A stretch of DNA of 64,000 bases from Raillietiella orientalis (Eukaryota), in contig JAYWIR010000019.1 of NCBI GenBank assembly GCA_036172245.1, positions 3,286,001-3,350,000 of the forward strand. The letters run 5' to 3'. The notes below the pieces were generated by a model. The model saw only the letters and a program-made list of their open reading frames with translations, was not told the DNA's origin and ran no database searches. The position numbers were made by a program, and so were the translations under genes. This document shows positions 39,051 to 51,900 of this stretch, in pieces (position 1 is the first letter of the stretch; every line of letters starts with the position of its first letter).

Positions 39051-42000
39051 CTCGGACATCGCAAGCTACGGCTTGGCGCGACGTCTGTCGAGCACCGTCT
39101 GCAACACCGAAGTCGAAAAGAAAAAAAAAAAAAACAGGGAAGAAGCAAATGGAAAGGTAAAGGCAGAATTCCAAAATTCGAAAAAGAAAAAAAACCTCCA
39201 TCTAAATCCCGAAGCATCCTTTTTTTGTGTGTGTGTTTTTTGTTTTTTTTTTTTTGCTCTTAAACATGGCGGTTATTTGATGCCAATTAAAGTTTAAAAT
39301 GTGCGGCAATTTCTGTGTCAATGGCGAATACGCTTCAGCGGTTCGCATCTTCCAGGAATAAAAGACAAAGTGGTGAAAAAAGAAAATGTTCACTCTCTCG
39401 GTCGTTCTTGGTCTTTTCCAAGCCATTACGGTGTTTTTCTGCTATAAGTCACATTTGCATGCTCAGCGCATACGGAGTCGTCATTAAACTGGACATCTAT
39501 TATATATCAGCTTGAATTTACTACTGAGCTTGGACTTCTCCCGAGCTGTCACGTGACACCGGTGCAACTGGGCTGGCGCGGCGAGCTTTCTCCATCTTCC
39601 TTGAAGGCGCATCCCGGCGAATCGCCGCCACCAAAGTCTGGCAGGGTCGGATGCTTCCACGTCTCCCTCTCTACCCTCCTGCCCTCGGGAGGGCTCGGTG
39701 AGCTCCATGCCGTGCAAGACAGAAAGGGTCGCACCGCTTCTGCTCCCCAGATGGATTCCGCAAAAGCATGAAGACGTGCCTGCACGCGCTGCACCTCTTC
39801 GCCCCAGCGTCGCAGTCAAACGGACTGCCACCACCCCGAGAGCAAAAAAGCTTTCATAGGTGAGACTCCAACATGGATTTTCTTTTGCTTTTCTTTTTTT
39901 TTTTTTTTTTTCCGGAGTCCCCCTCGTTGCGTGTCGCCTCCGAAGACACGGATGATTTCGCATTTCTCCTTCGGTGGAGGAATCGATCTGTGCCGTCGAA
40001 ATGCGATCGGTTGGTCTCCGCGATCATGTGGAGCATCCCAAAAAGAGGGGAGGAAATAAATAAATAAATAAAAGGGAGGCAGTCCTCGTTCCATTTCTTA
40101 GCGATGGTGTCTCGTGCTTCTCTGTCCAGCCGTCTCACTTGCCGAGGCGAACCACTACATCTCTCCTATGCAGCCGCGTTCCCGAGCACCCTGAGATTTA
40201 GTCAAATCGCGGATGAAAGACCAAGCCTACCAGAGCGGTGACCCCTGGAGTGATCCTCGTCTCCGAAAATTCCTCCTCTTCTCTCTCCAGATTCCCGTGA
40301 ATATCCTCCCCGCGTTCTGGGAATTCCGAAGGACTTCTGTCGCCGACGGAGACAAAAGGAATGCCGAAAACAGGGAGAATACGTCTCTTTCCTGCAGGTG
40401 CAGCGCGTTTCCGCACTGGGGACAAACACCCTCACCCTCTTGGCAACGCTTTCGAAACGACTTCCCTGTCCTTATCCGAAGCAGCTCTTAGTCACGGATA
40501 TTTTCATAGAGCTCTGCTCCCGTAGCATGCTATAGGCAACTATGGTGTCCATCCTGCCCGGAGGCGGATGGAGGTCCCTCACAGACTCCAGCTTCTTCTG
40601 ATTCCTAGGATGCATGCAGAAGCGTGCGGTCCTTGCCGGGGCGGAGCCCTCATTGGTCTGGGTCCCTGAGACCTGCACCACTGGCAAGCGGTTGGCCTTT
40701 GCGTCTGTTGCAGTCTGCGGGATCGCAAACAGAGCCTGTCTCCAGGTAGTGCGCCCTGTTCTGAAGTTGCTGGAGTCTCAGATTTCAAGACTGTGCCGGA
40801 GCGTGCGTGACGGAACACCTCCTTTGGGTCGGGACTCCACGCGACGCTCCGACCGTGGATCCCTCCTCTCGTGATCCTTCTCTGTCGGCTCGAGTTTTAG
40901 ACCCTGGCGGCCACCTCGTCCGCCTCCTCTCCCCTCTGCCGCCTCCCCACTAACGAACCGGGGAAACCTCGTTCTTCCTGTAAGAGGGAAAAGATGCGGC
41001 GGCTCGCGGTGGCTCTCCTGACTTGGGGGTCGTTCTGTCGCGAAAAAACACAGCACGTTCTGGTGACCCCACCGCCAGCGAATGTGTCCTGGAGAACCCT
41101 TTTGTTGCATTTTTTTTTTCTTTTTAAAGGGACGCTCCCTGTTTCTTGGAGGATTAGCAGCATCTCGTGTCCTCTCCGAACTCTCCTTACTCTGCTGCTT
41201 CCTCCTGTCTCCTGCTCCTCTGTTTCCCCTTGGACCCACAGCATCGTCGTGCCCCGAAGCCCTCAAGGATTCCTGGTGGTCCCTTGCACCTGGTTTCCTT
41301 GGTTACGTCTAAGCCTCCAGATCCACGAGGATGAAGGTTCCTCTATTTGCAGTCATACCCCATCCACATCCCGCGGGGCAATAGCGGCGGATTTTCGGGA
41401 GTGTTCCAAAAGCGATCATCCCTCGGGCAGAAAACTTCCTCGCGTGGATTGTGGTTCTGTGACTTCCTTTGGCTTCGAACCGACGGGGTCACGGGACCCG
41501 GGATCCACTTGTATCCCAGGGATCAACCGGGCGGAGGCAGTCTAATTCCTCCCACCCTTTACTCGTGGGATGTCTCGACGGCTCAACAACGCAGCTTCCG
41601 AAAGCCACCGCCCAGAGAGGCTGGGACTCGGAGTTTCCTGGAACCACCCAGGAAGTCCTCTGCAGCTGGAATCTGTCGTGACCTGGCCCCAATCAGCTGG
41701 TTTCCTCTTCCCAACGACGTCTTCCTATCTCCTTTCTCTTCCTCTTTTTTGACCACTTGTCTTTACTGAGAGTCTCGACACGAGGAATCCCCCCCCCCCT
41801 AGGCCCTCCGGCGACCTCCTCATGCATCCTCGGACCTCGACTGAGTTTCAGAAGTCTAGTCCTCCAGGGCGAAGGGAGCGAACGCCCTTCCAAGGCCAGG
41901 CGCATCCCTCTTGCGGGCTGCCTATCCGTGAATTCTTCCCCCGAAGACAAAGGGGTCAGGAGCAGACGGAGACTACGGGAGGCGGCTGCTCCTCGAGGCG

Positions 42001-42084
42001 GATGGGAACGCACAAGGTCAGAGAGGCTGGACTGCAAGCTCCTTTTGGGTACCATTCCAAGGGGCTCCTCCGGAATCTGCACGG

Positions 42085-42260
42085 AAAAAGACGCTCACTT
42101 TTCTCCCTTCCTCTTTTTCTCCTTCTTCATCTCTTCCTTTTTTCCTCCTCCTCTGCTTCTTCTTCTCCCTTTCTCCTTCTCTCCACCTCCCTTCCTCATC
42201 CTTTCTTTTACCTTTCCCCCCTCTCCTCCCTTCCACTGCTCTTCCCTCTCCATTTTTCCT
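42085..42260. repeat. Low-complexity polypyrimidine (CT-rich) tract
   Basis: About 170 bp almost entirely C/T on the plus strand. Confidence 0.85.
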
Positions 42261-45200
42261 TTGCCAATAAATTTCCGCCTGACAGTTCACCTGCCTCGAG
42301 GAGAGAAGGTAGGGAAGGCCTTACAGCTTCTTCCGGAAGATGCCTCGAGGCGAACTGGCTCGCCCTCACTCGAGTTCCTCCTCGATGATGGAGAACCGGG
42401 AAGCGAGAAGAAGGGGTTCAAGAAGAGGGAGAACTCGGTACTCAATTGTGGGGGAAGGGGAGGGAGGGCGAAGCGGGAGCAGCGCGCAATGTCCGAAACG
42501 CAGAACACGCTGCCTGGAAAGAAGAGGCGGTGCGCGCTCCCGGGCACAAAAAAGCGGGAACCACATGATGCTTTGCTCAAGTTTTCCCCTGCTTCCCTCC
42601 TCCCTGAAGCAATCGGGATGGGGCTTGGGGAAAAGATGCACGTCCAGAGGTCCGCCACCCCTGCGCCGTTTCTGTGGTTGCTGCTTGGTCCCCCCTCGTC
42701 CCTCCACGGCGGAAGAAAGTCCCCGCCGCGGATACTTTTCTTCCGCTCCCGGCTTGAAAGGAGGAGAAGGGAAATGAGGGTGGAGAGGAAGGAAGGTGGT
42801 CGCGAGGCATTCAGGAACACACAGATGCGCGTATTAACCTCCCCGTGTGCCCGGGACTCCAGAACGGGTGGGCGACTTCCCGCTCGCACGCGTCCCAGAG
42901 AGACCCGTCGGCCTCCCCAGATGTTCCTTCCTGGGATGAGCCACCCATTCCGTTTCCACCCTGATCTTCTCTCCCATTCATCTGCGATGCATCTTTTCCG
43001 AGTGCATCGGCTCACGAGCACCTTTTTTCCAAGATTTTCAGAGACTGACATTTTTTCCTCCTCCTCCTCCTTCTTCTTCTTCTTTTGTCTTTCAGCTGCT
43101 TACGTCACGCTCCCGACAGAAGAAAAAAAAAGTGTCGTTTAGGATGTTTTTTCTACTTTTTCTTTGCGCTTCTGCCTTTTGCTCTTCTTTGCTCTATGGA
43201 AACTCAGGCGCGCAGGCATCTCGAACAGGGGAGAAAATAGCCAGCCTTCCCCCCCCCCCCCCCACACCTCCCTTAGGGTAGGTGCCAAAAAAAAAAGAGA
43301 TGTCAGGGATACGAGGGGGATGGGGGAGGAAAGGCGAAAAACCAGCACGCCACGCCACGCACGCACGGGCAAGGGTGGAGTGCTGCGTGCCGGCCCATCT
43401 TCCCGTCGGCGGCAGCAAGAAAGCTGATGATTTTTTTTTTTTTTTGGTGGAGGAAGGCTCTTCTCTCTCTCTCCCTCTCTCTAGCTCTCCCCCTCTGGAC
43501 CAGCACGTGCCTCGCACGTCCTAGGGGAGGCCAGCTCTGGGTCCGCATCCCTCCGTCCCCCCTCCTCTTCTCGGTCCGAGGGCAGGAAGGGCAGGCGAGG
43601 CGACACTCGGTCGCAGGGGACCTCCTAAGGGCGCAGCCGTCGCGACCGCCGCCCTCCAAACCTTCCGCGGTGCCGAAGGGTTGCGCGCTCGCCCGCCGAC
43701 CCCTGCCCGCAGAGGCGAGAGGCGGAGGGGGAAAGCCCGTCCTCTCTGGAATTTTCCCTCTCCGAGGGCGCCCCTGGGGATTCACCTTCCGCTGGCGCGA
43801 ATGACCTTCGCTCTATAAATAGACCAGGTGTCTCTTGGAGCCGGACGCCACAGTGTCCCTCTGCAGGCGCGCGAGCGCTCCTCCTCGTTTGCCCTTCCCC
43901 TTGCGTCTCGCAAAGGGAGGAAGGTTCAGAGGGAGACAATTTCTTTCGGTCCAACGTTCCGGGAGGACTTTCTCTGAGCATCCCATTCTCCCCCCCCTTC
44001 CTCCCCGAGAGGGAGAAGCCTTTAGGCGGAGCGTGGTGCCCGCCATCCGCCGCCGCTGCTCAGCCTCCATCCCAGAGGCGCGCCTCTCCCTCCCCGCAGG
44101 CGGAGGGATCATCCATGGCCGTCCACCCGGGCGGCTCTTGCAGAGGGGCTGGGATCGGTCGACCCCGATTCACCCTTCCCTGACGGCATTTCTTCACACG
44201 GGGAGCCACGCGGGACCATCGCCTCCACAATCAGCAGATTCCCTGGGCATCTCCGCTCCTCGCCTCGGGGCATCCTCTTCTTCCTTTCCCCGTCTTCCTG
44301 CTCAGGGCCAGTGGGGAACGGGGATGGGAACGAGGAGACCCTTCCGGAAGCCCGGCCTCTCCTTTCCCCGGTGGCCATAGTTACGAACCTCCTCCGCTCT
44401 GGAGAGGCACTCTGGCAGCCCGGAGATGCAACTAGCTACGGGTGCTTCAGGGCTCCCCTCGTGGGAAGGGGAGAAAGTCTGGAACTGCGTGCATCCTAGC
44501 GACGGGACCGTGTGGTCGCTGCTGAAGACGCCGGTCACGGATGCTGAGCACGCCGGCGGGGTCTGGCGCAGCGCGAGACAACACGGCACATCGCCAGGAA
44601 GCTACCTCTCTGAGCGACGGACCAGCTGCAGATGCGACTCTGCAAGAGAAGAAGGCGGGGCACGTCATTTTCTGCAGGTTTTCGCTCTGCAGCTGCTGGA
44701 GTTGATCTCCGGGTGGACGAAGAAGAGCGGCGGGCAGCTCGAGGTGTCGTCATCGACGATCCAGAAGGTGGACGCGCCACGTGCAGCGAGGAGGAGCCTC
44801 TGCAGCGGATCGCGGCCGGCTGCACGCCTGCCGGGCAAAGGGCACGAAGGAAGGGGGGAGGGGGAGGGGAGAAATGCGCAGAGCAGAAGCGAACCTACCC
44901 CCGAATCTCTCATCGGCATCACCGCAGCCGCCTTCCTGGTTTCCAAGCGACCAGGAGTTTTATCCGAGGACCCGTGTCCAGCAATCGCCCCGTCGAAGAA
45001 GGGGGGAGGAGGGAGAACCAGCCGATTACCGCCCGAGAGCGCACCCCCGCCGCCGCCAACCTGCTACATTCGCTTGTCCGTGCTGAGCATGCGCCTTCCG
45101 GCGCCTCAGCACGGGTAGAACACGTGCGCGCGCTGCGCGCACCGCGCTACTCTCGATGCGGTGCATGCGCGGGCGCTCCTCTCCGCTGAAAAGGTGAACA

Positions 45201-45899
45201 CGCGCGAAGGTCGGCGAGCGGTCGGAATCAGCGCGTGGCCGCCGTCGCGGAAGAGTGAGAGGCTTCGCTTCTGCATCACGCGATGTGCATTCGCCTACAA
45301 AAAAAAGACCGTGGTCTCATCTCCTCCTCCTTCCTTCTCTCTTCTTCCCTTCCTCCTCCTCTTCCTCCCCTACCACTCCCTTCGAGCTAACCGGAGCAGC
45401 GGTCTCCACCTCCCGGACGTGTAGAGCGACTTCCACCTCCCTGCCGAGCTCCTCCTTGAGGACGCGCCAAGAGCTACGGTGATGACGGCGATGCACCTCG
45501 TGTCCAAAGCTCCAGATGGGGAGGAAGGGGAAAGCAGAAGGAATCTCCCGAGGGGCTGCCTATTGGATGCCGGCCTTGGCATCCGCGATACGGAAGCGTG
45601 CCAGGTAGCAACCGCCTCCTGGAGCCACGAGTGGAAGTTTATGCAGGGAGAGGAGGCAGAGGATCTGCTAGCTTCTTTCAGCGGGAGGGTCATACGCCCT
45701 CGCCGATCTCCGGAGGATCTGACTCCCTGGAAAAGCACCAGCGCTCGTTCCGGCTTCCTTTCGGCCCCTTGAGGAGCGAACCTCTTCTTCAAGGTGCCCA
45801 GTATCTCTATGCGGAGACCGGAAACGTCCTTGAGGTGAACCCTGGGTCCTTCGTTACGGTCGCAGGGCTTCCCTCATAAGACCTGTCGGTCCTTCGCTT

Positions 45900-46330
45900 G
45901 TCCCCGTGTGATGAAGAGGTTTAAGAAGGTGGGGGCATGCAGGAATGGGGGGGGGGATTGGTGAGCGAGTGGAGGAGGAGGAAGCTGGGTCCAAAGTTGG
46001 GAGAACCTCCAGCACTCCGGCATGGACATTGCCCGCAGATGCTTTTTGGCGAAAGGCAGGTCTTGGAGACCATCCTTCATGGGATGGGAGCGCGCGGCAA
46101 GAGGAAGGAGGCCTCCGTAGAAGGCACTGGAGGATTCCTTCCTGATTCCTCTGGAACATTCCAATAACCAGCCAGGAAAGGCCTTCCTTGAAAACTCTCT
46201 TTTTAGATATCCGCAGGCCTTCCACCATCCCCGCCTCCGTTTTGTCCCTAACCCCTCCCTATCCTACTGCCTCCAACTCCTTCACTGCGTCTCTGGAGTC
46301 ACCTTCTACTTCCCTCTAGGCCATGCTTTG
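45900..46330 (-). mobile_element. Gag-like LINE ORF1 relic, related to 20140-20480
   Basis: Shares CCTGC(A/G)G(T/A)TATCT and GCCTCC(A/T)TCCTC blocks with the 20.2-20.4 kb relic, followed by a degraded QC..CWRF knuckle-like segment. Confidence 0.35.
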
Positions 46331-46999
46331 GCCCGGGAGGTGGTCTCATTCCTGTGTCTGCGAATGGACGCGGGCGCGTTCAGGAAGAGCAAACGAAGGG
46401 GAGAGAGGGAAGTGTTCCAGGGAGCGCTACAGCCGGAGCTTTGAGAGTTGCTGGAGAAGGGGATGAGGGGAGGGGGAGGGAGGCAGAGATGAACTCTTCA
46501 GAAAAGGAACCTTCAGAAAGGTTCCTTTCCCCTTCCCTTTCCGGCGTCTGCGGAGGAGCGTGCTTTCTCTCCTCCCCAGGCGGGAGTGGGACCTTCTCGG
46601 GGAGGAGAACTTTGCTCGTTCTTCACCTCTTGCCCCCAGTCGGGTCGGTACGACCTTTCAGGGAACAGCTCACAGAGCAACGGAGATCTCCTTTCCCTAG
46701 CACTGAGGCAGTAGCAGACGGACCAGCGCTTTGCAACCCTCCCCTGCCGCCACTGGCTGCGCTCTTCTCACGCCGCGGAGATGCATCCATCACCCTCCGG
46801 ACCGAGGGCAGCGCCGTGATGTCTCCGCTCGCTTCCTCTCTCTCTCTCTCTCGTTGATGCCGACTCAGATACCGGGAGGTTGGTCTCCCGTACCGCAACC
46901 TCAAGGCAAGCCTGACCGGCTACCTCTCCGCCTCGGCGGCAGAAGCGCCCAGGTACCTCCCTTGTGCGGGCCTGTTCCCGGCATGGGGCCGACAGCGGG

Positions 47000-47320
47000 A
47001 CTCTCCCTGTTACGGCTGCTATTCCCCTGTTGCAATCATTCTCCTATGACGAACACTCACCTGCTCAAAATACCCTCCTACTTTCATCACTCAACTACTT
47101 CGACTATTCCCCTTTCTAGACTACTCTCCTATTACTACTCCCTACTATGACTACTCCCCTACTAAGACTAATCTCCTACTCCTACTGTCATTCCCCTATT
47201 ACGACTACACCCCTATTGAGAATACTCTCCTATCACCCCAATCCCCTACCGAAACCACTCGCCCATTGCGACCGCTCCCCTATTGAGACTACGATCGTAC
47301 TACTCTCTCACTACAGCTAC
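47000..47320. repeat. Degenerate minisatellite of about 16 bp (GACTACTCCCCTATTA-like)
   Basis: Recurrent ACTACTC(C/T)CCTA(T/C)T motifs with strong G depletion on the plus strand. Confidence 0.75.
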
Positions 47321-49849
47321 TTTTTTCCAATTTGCTTTACGAAACGCCCCCTATTTTTCCTTCGACTCTCACCGCCCTCTGCCCGACTGGACGCGAACCT
47401 GCAGAAGCCGTGCACGCGCTGCGCAGTGAATCCCGCGCCAGCCACGAGATGCCTCCGCTCGCCACGTGCCATTCCCCATTCTCTTTGGGTCGTCTCTGGC
47501 AACGATCTTCGAGCCGGAGAGGACGGAGCAAAAGCCCCGTCCCCACCGCCCCGTCACTCCTCTCCTTCCCACGCTCCCGGAAGGCGACCGAACACATGGT
47601 GTCTTGGCGGTGTCGCGCGCACCGCAACGCCACCTCTCTTTGCTTTTGTTTTTGTGTTCCCCTTTTCGCCACTTTTTTTTCTTTTATCCTCCTCCTTCCT
47701 CTCCTCCAGATTGGGAGCACCCCACCCCCAGCACGGCGCCTTCCGGATCTGAGGAGACTACGAGACCCTCCCGAGGGAGAGGTCGTCTCCCGGGAGGAAA
47801 GGTGGAAATCTGCACTTCAAGAGGATGGTCCCTCGCGGCGTGATCGTGCTGCGGTCCTGCTCAGCTACCGGCGCGGTTCCAAATCGCGCAGGGGGCTGGG
47901 CGTCAGGAAGAGCCACCGGAGAGGCAGGGTGAAGGCGGCTGCGCGCTCGGCATCCGCATCCGTCCTCCGTGGTGTGGGGGAGGTTTCCTCCTGGCGAGGG
48001 GAGGGGTCATCTCTCCGGACACTGAGTTGGTTGGACCCGCAGCTCCCCAACGCAGAGAAAGGTGTCCGGTGGGGTCCTCCCCTTGCCTTCCCGCTCCCAA
48101 GCACGGCACCTGGAGGTGGTCGAACTGAGCTGGCGCCCGAAGCGCCTTCGTCCTCCCTCTATCCATCCTCCCTTTTTCTACCCAGGTGTCGCGTGGGGGA
48201 CGGACTCCACCAGCTGCAAGGGATGGTCGGACGCGTAACGTGAACTTGCACGTCAGTGCCTCCGTGTCTTCCTCACCTTCCTGCGCTTCCTGTGCGCAGG
48301 AAGGTGAGTTCCCCTTCGGTTGTGAACCTGTGCGCGGGAACCCGCGGAAGCCCTTCTTTCCAGTGTCTTAGGCAGGGTCGCTTCTCGCTTTCCCTCTCCT
48401 CCATCCGCGCGTGGGAGCGCGGGACAAGTGGCTCCGTCTCCTCTTTGGCAGAAGCAAATTCACCTATTCGTGACAGGTGGTGACTGCTCTCCTGGCAACC
48501 GGACCTCAGGGGGAGAGCCTCTTCTCTCCTTTCCCCGCTCACGGATCGTCGACTCGGGAGTAGCATCAGGAGCCACTCTTCCGCGCCCTCCCTTGCAGGA
48601 ACGAGACGCTGAGGATCCTGCACTGCCTGTGGAGATGGTGTGGACTGAGGACACCCCTGACGCCCATCAGGAGCTCGTTGTTGGCTCTGCGTCTCCTAGT
48701 GCTGAGGAAGGAGGGAGGAATGGCTGCCAGGTTGGGGAGGCAGCGATGAAGCGGCACGGGGTGAACACGACCTCGGAAAAAAGTCCGGCAGACTGGAAAG
48801 GTGGAGGAGACTGAGCTCTGAGAAGTTCTTCTGGGTACTCTAGAGTTCGTACGGGAGGATGCGGGGAATGCGCGGAACATTTTCGTGTGCAGCTGCCGAA
48901 GACAACCAGCGACCTCTCCGCGCCTGCTCCTTTGAGTCTCGAGCAAGATAGACCAAAGAAAAGGAACCTTGGTAAGTGATTCCCAGTCTCTCGAAGAAGC
49001 CTCACCCGATGTTTCCGATTTGGAGAACGGACCCTTTGATGAGAATGACCTCACAGGCACGTGGGTCTCTTCCTTCCTGGTTGCGGTCTGATTTGCACAG
49101 CGGTCGCTGAGAGGAGTCTGTCGCGGCTGCCAGGATTTCGTGCATCGCCCGCTTCGCTGTCGTTTACCAACCCTTCCGCAGGTCGGTTCCGCATCCAGGG
49201 ATCGCGAAACGGTCTCTCCTGTTGTCTCGAGACGAAGAAAAGAGGACACCTGAATTCCGTCTCCGGTTCTCCTTCTTCTCCTCGCTCCTTGATCGCTGGT
49301 ACAGGGAGGAAAAGAGTTCTCCGTGCTGGCCGGCTCCTCAGGTGAGGACGTCCTTTTGTTTCTGCAGCTCGACCGTCTTTTCAGTCCGCCGTCGTCGATC
49401 CGCGCGCCTATCTTCGAGCCCGTGCTCGGCTGCAAAGCGAGCTCTTGTGCTCTCTCCTTGTCTCCCAAAGAGTTTTGTCTCGAGGGTAGTGCGCGGAGCA
49501 GGCACGCGGCAGCTCTCGTGACACTCACGGATTCGAAAAAACCGCCACTCCTCCAAAACCTCTGGAAGGAAGGGCCTCCTCCTTTGCGATCGCCCGGTCT
49601 GGCTGCAGGGAATGCGGGTCCTGGATGTTTCCCACGTGGCAGCTGGATTGTGCGAGCGTGGCGTTTCTAATGGCCGAAGATTGTGTAAACGTCTTCCTTA
49701 CTTTCTGGCAACATTCCTTTCCAGATGGCGACCATGGGTAGTACAACTCGCCATCCGTCTTGCGTTTTTCACCTCTGGCGCGTTTCGGATCCACACTCTG
49801 ACCACTCTAGTTTCGAGCATTTCCAACAGCTCCTTTCTGGTTATTCTAT

Positions 49850-51040
49850 TAAGATTTTGAAAGAATTTCATTCTCCTAGTATGTTGCCTTGCGGAAAATT
49901 TGGGAATCTTGACGTATTTTTGAAAACACTACGGGATTTTTTTATCTCTGTCTCTAATGTGGATCCTCGAGTAGAGACAGCGATTTGTCAAGAACGCTCT
50001 TCAATGGAGTTTCTCTCTCCTATAGAACGTGCACGCACTTAGTTCGTTTCCATGCCCCGAGATGGCACATCGAGACGTGTTTTCGCAAGTTAGTTACTCC
50101 ATTACTCGTCCAAGATCCTCTTTCTTTATTCACTCACGGAGGAAGCAGCATCCACAACTTTTCGCAGTCACCCAAGAGAATTCCTAAATGTCAAGATCGC
50201 GCAATAAAAAAGAACATTTCCTTTCCTTGCCAGGATAATGCAAAGGCAATTTAGCTGCGACTCACGAGTTCGGTTCTCCGGACACGAAAAGAGCATGTGT
50301 TGGCAACTCTACTTTGGAAAACAGCTAAGATCCGATCTCGATATGAGAATTTTTGTTCCTGAAACATAGGATGGAGCCGTAGAATTTTCTTGGAAACGAA
50401 GCAGTCATCCCTCCTTTTGTGGAAACTCCTAGCAAAATACCAAATAGATCAGAGTTCGTTAATGCCGCCCACAGCTTTGGGCTAAAAAGGCTGAGAAATG
50501 AAGCAGTTTGTTCTACAGATTGAGCTCTTACTCTCTTTATCCTTGATTGTGATTTCTGAAGTCAACTCTTCCACAACACTGACATCTAGATTTGCGTCCC
50601 TTAGAATATGGTTCAGCTCTATTGAGAAAAAAAAAAAGTTTTTCATCTTCAACGCAGGACTTAAAGTTCTGCGTCGAAGATAGTCAGTCTGATCCCTAAT
50701 GGAGGACACACTGCAGTTCCTGTGGGGCGTTTTCGTTCCTTAGCTTCTAGGAGCTCAATAAATGAATCTGCCTCCTCATCGCAAGCACTTGACCAAAACA
50801 TACGTGGATTAGGCAAGTCATTACAAAAAGGCTGAGTCGTAACGAAATGAGGGACAGAAAAGACAACTGGGATGTCTGCAAGATGGTGTTCGCTATTGTT
50901 CGCATCTCACATTTCAAGACTAACGAGGAATTTCTCCGAGAAGCAACACTGACCTGCATCTACCAAAACGAATACATCTTTGGAAAAGGAGTCATAACTG
51001 TTCCCAAGGGGACAGCTTTCGACTTGCAAGGAAGTAACAT
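49850..51040 (+). pseudogene. Possible leucine-rich-repeat protein relic
   Basis: LPCGKFGNLDVF.LKTLRDFFISVSNV and an LRRCT-like end (DVCKMVFAIV...GTAF). Weak. Confidence 0.2.
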
Positions 51041-51127
51041 CTAGTTATCCTCTGCTATTCGAAAGGAAACGCTGGCTACTGGAAGAGCCTCTGGAACGTG
51101 CTAGTTCCGAATGCATCCCGGAAAAAT

Positions 51128-51900
51128 GACTCCCGCGTTGGCCGGGAGTGTCTACGGTCTCCTCGCCACATGGTACCAAGCGTCGCGGGTTCGAATCCCA
51201 CCCGAGGAAGGATCGATGCCAGAGAACTGGGTGCATTGTAAATTGAAGTTCCGCCAGAATGGCACTGGTTGGCCTCGGTTGGCTTCGGGTGCGGCACTGG
51301 CGGAAACCGGGTGTCCCCGTTGACCGGTCGGGATCGGAAGTCGGCCCGCAGGGTCCTTTCTGGAATCAAGGAGCACTTCGGGGTTCCCCTTCGGTTGTGA
51401 AAATGGAGTCGACCCCCATCGAGGAAAGATCCTCTACTGCCTACCATGGAGCTGCTGGATCGGTACCTCTCCAGAGTGCGAAGAACTCGCTGCTCCCTTC
51501 GGGGAGCGGACCTTCGGGGTTCTCTTCAGAGGAGGAAATAGGGAGCGGTTCTCCTGCGGGTTTCCCCCGGAGAAGAAATCCCAGGAGCGGATCCTTTCCT
51601 GGTTCCCTTCAGGGAAGAAATAGTGAATGAGGAAGAGATGGTTCCCTTCAGGGTTACTTTCCAAGCGTGAAAGAGGAACGGACCCCTTCTCCCTGAGTCC
51701 TTCCTGGATTCCCAGGGTGGCCCCTTCCAGGGTACCCCCTATCCTGAAGTGTTGACACGTACCCTCGTGGTGGCGTGAAACAATGTTGTGTAGCTTCGCC
51801 AGTCCCCAGGCGAAGGGCAGTTCTTGAGTGCTTAGCGAACCAAAAAAGAAAAAACCCGAAAAAAAAAAGGAAAAAAAAAAAAAAGCTAGAAGGAAAAAAG
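51128..51900 (+). mobile_element. tRNA-headed dispersed repeat, copy A (SINE-like, or 5' end of a LINE), ending in an A-rich tract
   Basis: B-box GGTTCGAATCC at 51188-51198 within a T-arm-like hairpin. Colinear similarity to 24647-25330 and 23265-22730, for example GGAAGGATCGATGCC, GGGTTCTCTTCAGA and CTTCCTGGATTC. A-rich run at 51842-51900. Confidence 0.8.

Noticed and set aside
41757..43142. 461-aa ORF
   Set aside because: It reads through CT and GA low-complexity tracts, has no domain motif and has a non-ATG start.
47332..49528. ORFs of 303 and 320 aa
   Set aside because: R/S/P/G-rich translations typical of GC-rich non-coding DNA, with no recognisable domain or splice structure.
51128..51210. 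Functional tRNA gene
   Set aside because: Only the T-arm/B-box is convincing. There is no clean acceptor or D stem, and it is the head of a dispersed repeat.
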